Shown here one piece after another: positions 1 to 10,081 of a stretch of DNA of 64,000 nucleotides (positions within the stretch are counted from its first letter, which is position 1; each line of letters opens with the position of its first letter). This DNA is from Paraspadella gotoi. Taxonomy: Eukaryota > Animalia > Chaetognatha. Made by a program: the position numbers and the translations under genes. Location: positions 10,973,045 through 11,037,044 of the forward strand of contig CM119267.1 in the NCBI GenBank assembly GCA_051294375.1, read 5' to 3'. The notes under the pieces were generated by a model that had not been told where the DNA came from, did no database searches, and was given only the letters and a program-made list of their open reading frames with translations.

Positions 1-2020
1 TAGTATATTTATTACTATATATAAAAAAAGCTTACCGGCAGCCAGTGATGTTTAAAATTTTAAAATAAATGTACCAAAGTATTTTCATTGGTCTTTATTT
101 TCATGTTCTATATCCTAAATTTTAATTTTATTAAATTTTAGTTATTACTCTACTAGTACTCTTCTAGTTTCTATTTTTGCATTCTTAATTTGACTTACAT
201 CCCTTAGGGTCTCTACACTCGCTTGGAACCAATTTTTTTCCCCGACCTAAATAAACCCCATTTTTATATTTTATTTCGGTTTTACTAAGCTTTATAGTTA
301 ATGATGTAATAAGCATAGGTAAAATTTGTGTGGTTATTTTTCTTATCCTACTGAGTATTTTAAGTATTTTACGTTAGTTTATATCTAGGAATATATGTGT
401 ATTGTTATATTTTTGTAGATATTTTGGCAAAGAAAATGGAAATGCTTTTGCGATACCTACACCCTCGAATTTCAAACGGAATGGACCGAATCTAGAAATT
501 TAATACTTCCCCCGAGGCTAGGGTATTCCAGAAAAAACAAAGTGCAGACGAAAACTGAAAACGTAAAAAGCTAGGAAGTTGGTGGTTTGGGTAAAAGGGC
601 CTAAAAGGGGGGCTGAGCATGAAAATTGTAAAAAGAACCTTGTCGAGCCCAGAACAAGGGATTCGCCGAACCTGGTAAACATCAGAGGCCTCCGCCAGGC
701 TCAACTTTCGAGATAAGGGCCATGCAGAAATCGTGGACGAGGAAGCAATCTAAAAGGTCGAGAGGGGGTGGGGGGAAAGAGCGGTGGTGTAAATTCTGAT
801 TTCGACGAAGAATGCAATAAATCGGCAAGACTTTGAAAAACGATCGAGGTAAAAAACTTTTCGGCTTAAAACTCGGTCCGAGTTTCAACAAAGCGCAATC
901 GATACCGGAGGGGGAGTGAGAGAAAAAAACAAAGGCAGAAATAGAATCTCATTCTCAACCCCCTGTGACGGGGCCTCGCTGATGCTTAACTTTTGGGATA
1001 AATCTTTAGCACATGATGTGGGTTTTACCCGCGAGCAAAACACTTGTGTAGATTTAACAGGATAAAGGAGGATACTAAATTAGTTTCAGACTGCCTCATG
1101 GAGTTAGCTTCCTTTTTTTGCGGAAAATATTTATATGACTTTCTAGCATGAATATATACTGAAAAATCATCATTATGGCGATTTAGTTTAGATCTTTCCA
1201 TTTCTTTTTGAAATCTGTTCTTCCGTTAGAAATGGGTCATCTTACATACCCTTCGGGATATTTTCTTCTCGCTCATTGTTTGTTGTTAAAAGATAACTTT
1301 AATTGAGATTATACTTGAATATCATTTCTTGAATGTTAAATGCTAAGCCTAAGGTTTGAGCATATGTCATATGTCAATGACCAATGGTCATATTTAGACT
1401 TAGCAACTTATGTTAACCATTTTTCTTTACGCGAATCTTGAAAATTTCTAAATATTGTAACTTAGTTTTAAATTTCTTATCAGAAGTCCGTAATAGGTTT
1501 AAAATTAACTTTTTGATATGTGACACGAAAGTTTCTCTCTGTTCCTGATACAAACAATCTGTAAATTATTTTTAATATCTTTGTTCAAGATTGTAGACGA
1601 AGATATTGCATTTGTTTTATTTTAAAATTACAAGTTTATTAATAATAAAAAAAATATTCACGACTCATTTAGGTGATAGTCCCTGCCAAAATCAAATATT
1701 AAAGTTGTCCATTATCCAAATAGAGTAAAGGTGCATCCACCAATTCCCGTGTTCGGCTTCCTGTTAAAGATATCATAATGCTTAATTTAATTTCGAATTA
1801 TTAAGCTAGCCGATTGTGTTATTTGACAAGTTTTTGTTGTAGGCGAGGATACCTTTTGCAATATCCGTCCGTATCGCAGATGCATTTTTGACCACAAGGA
1901 CATTTCCCCAAAACGTGGATGGATCGTTTTCTCTCAATTTCTTTTCAGTCAAATTTGTACAAGGGATAAAACTAATGTTATTGTCATTGTTGGATAAAAA
2001 TACATAGCTTAAAATTATAC

Positions 2021-2243
2021 CCCAATTTTTATTCTATTTTCGCTGACCGGGGTTTTGGCGTCTTTTAAAAAACTATTTAATTTTTTTTTTAAATAAAATT
2101 TAAAAAAATAATTGCCTAATTAGTAATTACCCTAAACCCACTTAACCTTAACTACCCCTAACCCACCCTTAAACCCTTCTTCAACCTTAACCCCTCTTCA
2201 CTCTTAACCCCGGTCGGTGAAAGTATAATTATACCAAAATGGG
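2021..2243. mobile_element. Small inverted-repeat element filled with degenerate telomere-like (TAACCC/CCTAA) repeats
   Basis: cgctgaccggggtt (2041) is a near reverse complement of aaccccggtcggtg (~2206-2219); the interior has cctaaaccc/cttaacc/cctaaccc units. Similar tracts lie at ~4270-4310, ~6850-6890 and ~14780-15040. Confidence 0.5.
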
Positions 2244-2325
2244 AATAATTATCATATATGAAAATATATGTTATAGTTATGAGCAAAGAGAATGTTTTTA
2301 TTTCGACAACGATTTATTTTAATAT

Positions 2326-2551
2326 TATGAAATTGGTACAACCAATATAAAAATTATCCATTCATTTAATAAATAAGCTATCTTGCCCCTGACTTTGGAC
2401 AGGCTTTGGTGGTTTAAGGCCTCCATCACTCTAATAATGTTAAAGTTATTATAATGGAAGTCTTAAACAACCAAAGCCTGTCCAAAGTCAGTGGCAAGAC
2501 AGCTTTTTAAATGAATGGATAATTTTTTATATTGCTTGTACCCATTTCGTA
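2326..2551. mobile_element. Foldback MITE with ~105-bp inverted arms
   Basis: tatgaaattggtacaaccaatataaaaattatccattcattt...ctttggacaggctttggtggtttaag is mirrored by cttaaacaaccaaagcctgtccaaag...aaatgaatggataatttttatattgcttgtacccatttcgta. The same end recurs at 43324-43398 and 51756-51830. Confidence 0.8.
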
Positions 2552-4592
2552 TAGTAAATCTTATTGCCGGTTACATTTTCAGTTTGTTTTGTTTGTGTTA
2601 TGATTACCTGTTTTTCTTTCGCAGTCACCTCTGAAGCCGCAAAGCCTTCCGTGAGTTCGAACAAACAGAGCTAAAACCAAGATCGAAATACAAATCGCGA
2701 ATTTCATCTTCCAGTAAAAAGGTACAAATAAATCAATCGTCGGAGCTGTTGTTATATGCAGATTTAACTTAGACTGAGCTTGAAAAAAAAAACTGCTGCG
2801 AACTATTTAAAAGAATATGTAAGATTGAGATCGTGCGTTGTTTTTTTTTCAACCTCTCGAAAGCAAACGGAATAATGAAATCAGTGACAGTATAATTCAA
2901 TTTAAGTCCCAGTCGACTTGGTGGTCAGATTAGTTTCGGCCTTGATTTTATGGCCATTATGATTATCTGTTTGACGAACCAAATATTCTTAATATAGTAT
3001 TCTCGTTGGCTGATGAATCGTTCTCAACTATTTATATTCTTTGTTTAATACTTATAGCAGAGAATCAAAGAATGAAAGACTTGAGAAGTCGAACTCGTGG
3101 AAACTGATTTCTCGGCTATGATATTTCAACGTCACCTCTCTCCCAAAAGTCGGCACTCTTGATCCCTGGAAGACGCAATACGGTAGATTCGATGATTCTT
3201 TCATCTTAATGAAAGATCAACTTTCTCATAATCAAGATTCGTCGAATTCTTTCCCTTGTGTGACTTTAGCAGTAACACCATTTTCTCTCCGCAAGCCTGT
3301 CGCGAACGTCTTCGTCGTCTTCAAGCAGACGTCGAGGGTAAAAACATTCCGGTAAAAACATTTTTATAAACTTTTATTTCAAATTTATCTTGCCTCAGTA
3401 ACCATGCTATGTATGCAAATTACGACATGCTTCGTTAATTAACTTTTGCAACAAAAAATACCAGACGAGACTAATACTAGTTATAACTTATAGAACATAG
3501 TATTGCCAAAAAAGTTGTTGCTCTTTTTTTCCCCCCGACCTTGCTAAACGCCCTTTTAAAAACAAAAGGCTATGATTTTTTTTCCCTTTGTACTATTTAT
3601 TATTTTTTAATGCTACTCTCTGCCTTTTCGAGAATCAAAATTTTTTTATTGTCCCTCATATTTAAAATTCATACACGATTCGCGTCCAAGCCATAGCTGT
3701 TTTACGAGTTACTATGATAAAATGCGAATTTGTATACTTGATTTTCCAAATCTCCCTCGTTGCTGAGGAAGCTTGTTCTTTATCCGATCTAAGAATCTAA
3801 TTCAGCATTTCGAATAATTATAACTATTTAATCCCCATAATGTAACTGCTATCTTATTAAAAACGTTAATAAAAACGATTTTGAACAAATTTTTATTTAA
3901 TTTTGTTTCGGAAAATTTACTATTATAAAATTAAGTCAAATTGAGAATATTTCGAACATATAAATATATTTTGTTTGCAGACAACGAAATTTATTTATTT
4001 TCAAAAGAAAACGTACACGTTTCGGCTAATTTGTTAACCTCTATCAGCGCAAACATATTTCCCGAAACATATAATTTCGTTGCCTGCAAACAAAACAAAA
4101 AACTTTCATTTGATCCTAAATTCTAAACGCAACGAAAAGATAGGTCTGAAAAGAGTAATAAATATTTGGTAAAATAATACATTCACTGATTAGGATCTTA
4201 CCGGTCAGTGATTTTTTTCTGCTTCTTATGAGCACAAACGTAAAACATATTAATTCCGCGAAAAAAAACCACCCTTAACCCTAGCCAGTAGCCACCCCTA
4301 ACCCTAGCCAAAGTAATCTTGTAATCTTTAGTTTATACATAACTTCATACTTAAAATATTTTTGACTTTGTAGATTCTGGTTATTTTATGTTCTTTCCCC
4401 TTATTGCCATGAGAATAGAAGCGAAACAAAACGAGAACAAAAATTTATTTAACTATCGTCAACGATTCAACATTGATAGTTTTTTGTATTTTTTTCCGCT
4501 AAATTTCGAAATGGTTTGATTATAATTTATGAGCGAGATGTGGTTTGCTATGATACAGAATTACAATGAGAGATTAAGCGATGTTACGACTC

Positions 4593-4799
4593 TCATGATC
4601 CTACGATGATGTTGTTGATTGGAATATGAATCAGTTTGACAAAGAAACCGATGAAGCCCATGATGGCAAATCCCACAGCCGTCGCAAGGGCGATCTTCGT
4701 GAATTCCTTCCTGTCGGGTTTTGTACATCTTTTAATCAGGCGAATGGAATCTTTGGCAAACTGGCGTCCCGGTTCAATGAATTCCACGATTTGATCCAT
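4593..4799 (-). CDS. SEC61G: Sec61 translocon subunit gamma (copy 1)
   Basis: 68 aa [33 protein letters not shown]...[21 protein letters not shown] is the canonical Sec61-gamma sequence. Single coding exon preceded by acceptor tctttccag. Confidence 0.93.
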   Translation of the reverse strand: MDQIVEFIEPGRQFAKDSIRLIKRCTKPDRKEFTKIALATAVGFAIMGFIGFFVKLIHIPINNIIVGS

Positions 4800-7171
4800 A
4801 TTGAGAGTTAGAATATGGCAACCTGGAAAGAGAAAATCTTTGATTTCTGAAGAATTTTTTATTAATATCTTACTTTTATACAGTGGCGTGTAGAGAAATG
4901 ACGGGCCCCTCCATTAATTTTTTTTGCAAGACCTGGGCTTTCTGAAAGTAAAGCTCATCCAACCCCCTAACATTTTAGCTTAGTTTGTATTTTAAGATTT
5001 TTATTGGTAGAAAAAATATTTTATAAATAAAGACTTTTTTAAATTTTTTATTTCGCAAGACGGGCGAATGCCCGACCTGGGCGAGATATTAATTCGTTCC
5101 TGATTCTTTTGACCGTAGTCGTCGTCGTTACGCTGTTTTAATATTAAAAATAGCTCGAGTATGTAACATACACTGTATAGGAAGCTCAAAATTTAATTAT
5201 GGCTTCACATCATTAAATTGTTATGTTTTATATTCCTACACTCATTTGTTTGTTTTATTTACAAAACAATTTTTATATATATAAATTAGTTCAGCTCTAT
5301 AAGAATAATTAAAATAATTAAATCATTAATTATTTAATTATTAATTGAACTACAAACAAACATGATCATTTACTAATTTAATATATTAATATTAAACCTT
5401 TAAGGTAATAGAACAAAAATGTATCAATATTTAATCAGAATAAGANNNNNNNNNNACGCTGTTTTAACATTAAAATTCAAAACATTAAAACATTAAAAAG
5501 CTCGAGTATGTAACATACACTGTATAACTATAGGAAGCTCAAAATTTAATTATGGCTTCTCATCATTAAATTGTTATGTTTTATATTCCTACACTCATTT
5601 GTTTGTTTTATTTACAAAACAATTTTTATATATATAAATTAGTTCAGCTCTATAAGAATAATTAAAATTGTAAACTAGTAATTATAATAATTAAATCATT
5701 AATTATTTAATTATTAATTGAACTANNNNNNNNNNNNNNNNNNNNNNNNNGAAGACGCAATACGGTAGATTCGATGATTCTTTCATCTTAATGAAAGATC
5801 AACTTTCTCATAATCAAGATTCGTCGAATTCTTTCCCTTGTGTGACTTTAGCAGTAACACCATTTTCTCTCCGCAAGCCTGTCGCGAACGTCTTCGTCGT
5901 CTTCAAGCAGACGTCGAGGGTAAAAACATTCCGGTAAAAACATTTTTATAAACTTTTATTTCAAATTTATCTTGCCTCAGTAACCATGCTATGTATGCAA
6001 ATTACGACATGCTTCGTTAATTAACTTTTGCAACAAAAAATACCAGACGAGACTAATACTAGTTATAACTTATAGAACATAGTATTGCCAAAAAAGTTGT
6101 TGCTCTTTTTTCCCCCCGACCTTGCTAAACGCCCTTTTAAAAACAAAAGGCTATGATTTTTTCCCCTTTGTACTATTTATTATTTTTTAATGCTACTCTC
6201 TGCCTTTTCGAGAATCAAAATTTTTTTATTGTCCCTCATATTTAAAATTCATACACGATTCGCGTCCAAGCCATAGCTGTTTTACGAGTTACTATGATAA
6301 AATGCGAATTTGTATACTTGATTTTCCAAATCTCCCTCGTTGCTGAGGAAGCTTGTTCTTTATCCGATCTAAGAATCTAATTCAGCATTTCGAATAATTA
6401 TAACTATTTAATCCCCATAATGTAACTGCTATCTTATTAAAAACGTTAATAAAAACGATTTTGAACAAATTTTTATTTAATTTTGTTTCGGAAAATTTAC
6501 TATTATAAAATTAAGTCAAATTGAGAATATTTCGAACATATAAATACATTTTGTTTGCAGACAACGAAATTTATTTATTTTCAAAAGAAAACGTACACGT
6601 TTCGGCTAATTTGTTAACCTCTATCAGCGCAAACATATTTCCCGAAACATATAATTTCGTTGCCTGCAAACAAAACAAAAAACTTTCATTTGATCCTAAA
6701 TTCTAAACGCAACGAAAAGATAGGTCTGAAAAGAGTAATAAATATTTGGTAAAATAATACATTCACTGATTAGGATCTTACCGGTCAGTGATTTTTTCTG
6801 CTTCTTATGAGCACAAACGTAAAACATATTAATTCCGCGAAAAAAAACCACCCTTAACCCTAGCCAGTAGCCACCCCTAACCCTAGCCAAAGTAATCTTG
6901 TAATCTTTAGTTTATACATAACTTCATACTTAAAATATTTTTGACTTTGTAGATTCTGGTTATTTTATGTTCTTTCCCCTTATTGCCATGAGAATAGAAG
7001 CGAAACAAAACGAGAACAAAAATTTATTTAACTATCGTCAACGATTCAACATTGATAGTTTTTTGTATTTTTTTCCGCTAAATTTCGAAATGGTTTGATT
7101 ATAATTTATGAGCGAGATGTGGTTTGCTATGATACAGAATTACAATGAGAGATTAAGCGATGTTACGACTC

Positions 7172-7378
7172 TCATGATCCTACGATGATGTTGTTGATTG
7201 GAATATGAATCAGTTTGACAAAGAAACCGATGAAGCCCATGATGGCAAATCCCACAGCCGTCGCAAGGGCGATCTTCGTGAATTCCTTCCTGTCGGGTTT
7301 TGTACATCTTTTAATCAGGCGAATGGAATCTTTGGCAAACTGGCGTCCCGGTTCGATGAATTCCACGATTTGATCCAT
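7172..7378 (-). CDS. SEC61G: Sec61 translocon subunit gamma (copy 2)
   Basis: Same protein as copy 1, with one synonymous Ile ATT/ATC difference. Probable non-coding exon 1 at ~9269-9320 (donor GAG|GTATCC on the minus strand). Confidence 0.97.
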   Translation of the reverse strand: MDQIVEFIEPGRQFAKDSIRLIKRCTKPDRKEFTKIALATAVGFAIMGFIGFFVKLIHIPINNIIVGS

Positions 7379-7461
7379 ATTGAGAGTTAGAATATGGCAA
7401 CCTGGAAAGAGAAAATCTTTATGATTTTTGATGAATTTTTTATTAATATCTTTCTTTTATA

Positions 7462-9094
7462 AAGTGGCGTGTAGAGAAATGACGGGCCCCTCCATTAATT
7501 TTTTTTGCAAGATCCGGGCTTTCTGAAAGCAAAGCTCATCCCACCCCCTAACAATTTAGCTTAGTTTGTATTTTGAGATTTTTACTGGTAGAGATATTAA
7601 TTCGTTCCTGATTCTTTTGACCGTAGTCGTCGTCGTCGTCACGCTGTTTTAACATAAAATTCAAAACATTAAAACATTAAAAAGCTCGAGTATGTAACAT
7701 ACACTGTATAACTATAGGAAGCTCAAAATTTAATTATGGCTTCTACATCATTAAATTGTTATGTTTTATATTCCTACACTCATTTGTTTGTTTTATTTAC
7801 AAAACAATTTTTATATATATAAATTAGTTCAGCTCTATAAGAATAATTAAAATTGAAATAGTAATTATAATAATTAAATCATTAATTATTTAATTATTAA
7901 TTGAACTACAAACAAACATGATCATTTACTAATTTAATATATTAATATTAAACCTTTAAGGCAATAGAACAAAAATGTATCAAGGTTTAATCAGAATAAG
8001 ACAATATGTAAATGAGATTGAGGAACACAAATTAATCTATTACAGCGGCTTTCCAGCTTCTCTATATTTTTTTTCTCTCTCTCTCTTTTTCATGTTTTAT
8101 TCACGATGAATGATTCATCGCAGCAATGAATGATTCATCGCAGCAATGAATGACTCATGACATCAATGAATGATTATTATTGCGTCAATGATTATCATCG
8201 CTTCAATGAATGACTATCATCGCATCATTATTTGGTTATATCGCATCAATCTTTTGGTTATCATCGCATCATTAATCAATTATTATTACATCAACAATTA
8301 TTATTACATCAATCAATCCATTATTATTACTAACCATAGCCAATGAAATTTAAATGTTAATGTATACAGTGTTTAAATAATCTATTATGAGCATAAATTA
8401 TGGTATTAAAATATTTTTTTTCTGATGGTATTCGCCTAATTAAAATTATTATATTATTATATAAAGCAAAAAATTTATATGGATTCTGATAAAGCATAAA
8501 AAGTTAAACAAAAAATATAATAATTACACCTTTTAAAAAAATTTATATTATTTAAGTGAAAATTTAAAAAACTGATAAAATCATCGAAAGATGACGTTTT
8601 TTTATATTTTTTTTATTTTTGAATCGCTTATTATAAAAATATTTATTAAAAAATTATACTTTGTGTAGACAACTTTTTATAAGCTATCTGAATCTGGTCT
8701 TAAAATTTAAAAAAAAATTGGCCTTTCTTATTTATAAATAAATATTAAAAAAATTAATTATTAGGTATAAAGCTATATAAGAAATTTTTTATCCATTGAA
8801 AGTATATTTAAAAATGTATTTTTGTTTGAGCATGTACTTACTGTAAATTTTTGACTCACCCCATTGAGTGCGGATACCCTTAATTACATCAATCAATTTC
8901 TATTATATTAATAATTCGTTATCGCATCAATCATTTGGTTTTTTTTCCGGATTTTTCATTAATTTCTTTGATAGTAACGTCTGGCGAGATCACTATACTT
9001 GTAAAAAAATATTTATATTAATTTTGTTTACCCTATGAGCTTTCCTCGGGCCCCTCGGGTTTGTTGAGGGTGTCTACCTCTCCACACGCCCCTG
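7462..9094. mobile_element. Probable non-autonomous hAT-type element in the SEC61G 5' intron
   Basis: Left end (c/a)agtggcgtgtagaga (intact at 4881 in the duplicate) matches right end tctccacacgcccctg (reverse complement caggggcgtgtggaga). The 8-bp flanks cttttata / tatttata match at 6 of 8. Confidence 0.5.
8105..8330. repeat. Decaying ~20-bp minisatellite
   Basis: aatgaatgattcatcgcagc units, near perfect at first, degenerate rightwards; related units resume at ~8880-8940. Confidence 0.8.
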
Positions 9095-10081
9095 TATTTA
9101 TATTTATTACCTATTAGTCTATCAAATATTTTATTATAAAATAATGTGCTTTCTGAACTAATTTAAATGAATAAATAAAGATTAAAAAGACTTTGTGGCA
9201 TTATTACAAAAAACTAGATATTAAATTTATAATAACATGATTGAAGTTATAAATTTGCTTCATGGATACCTCGATGTTGAAAAGTTGCAGTTGAATTCCG
9301 TCTTCGTTATTCCGAAATATAAGTAAGCGTATTTAAAAAATGAAATAATTGCAATTGCAGTATTTGATCAAGCTTTCGTTTTAACTTCTCCAAGTAAAGA
9401 GAAGCTTTGAAATTATCGAGAAAAGTGCGTCGGGTCTGAAAGCAAGGGGCTGAATGTGTGTTCTCTTTTTGACTCGCTACAGAAAATTGAGGGATTTGTC
9501 TTCCAGAAAGGACCAGCTTCTTAACTTCCTCCACATCAGCTGGATTTTGCTTCCACGTGTATCTCTGTTGGAGCTTTGTCGTTCCTAGCGACATTTCTAC
9601 GTTCTGAACTGAAGGAATGAATTGCGTAGGATTTGAAAATTTGGTAGTTTTTACTTTAGAAAAAAGGCAATAACTTTTGGTACTATTTGAATAATGGGAT
9701 TAATAAATTTTTTAGGATTACCGTGTTTTTTATTTACCTATGATCATATCAGACGTTCTATTGATTGAACTTTTTTACCTACATTTTTTCTACAGGTTTA
9801 ACAATAGTCAATAGTAACATTTCAACATGCTGCTGCCTACTGATTGAAAGTCCTATGTAGGTTATCGTTTTACGAAATTGTTCGGAATTTGAGCCAATGG
9901 GTTGCTCATGATAAATATCGTAAAATGTGATTTATCCTGCAGTCAGAATCGTAACACTGTATTAATCCGAAACATAGGTAATTTAATAGTACTTTATTAT
10001 TCTATGATTAAAAAAATGGAATAAACTGGAAAAGTTACTGCTGCGATTGCATAACTCGCGTGATACAGCAAATACCTGAAA

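Larger units (their letters stand above)
3169..8000. repeat. Direct duplication of ~2.3 kb (3169-5445 vs 5751-8000) separated by N gaps
   Basis: Nearly identical over 3169-4840 vs 5751-7420, with more SNPs and indels after that. A third partial copy sits at 5456-5725 between the two N runs. Confidence 0.95.

Noticed and set aside
600-760. HDV-like ribozyme on the minus strand (TTCCTCGT, stem then GGCGAAT)
   Set aside because: No P1/P2/P3 pairing partners found; more likely the 5' region of a gene to the left.
8105-8330. CRISPR-like array
   Set aside because: Head-to-tail decaying minisatellite without unique spacers, in a eukaryotic genome.
9307-9594. 95-aa minus-strand ORF and the 225-aa ORF at 9997-10674
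   Set aside because: No recognisable motif; they overlap the cyclin 5' region and exons in antisense.
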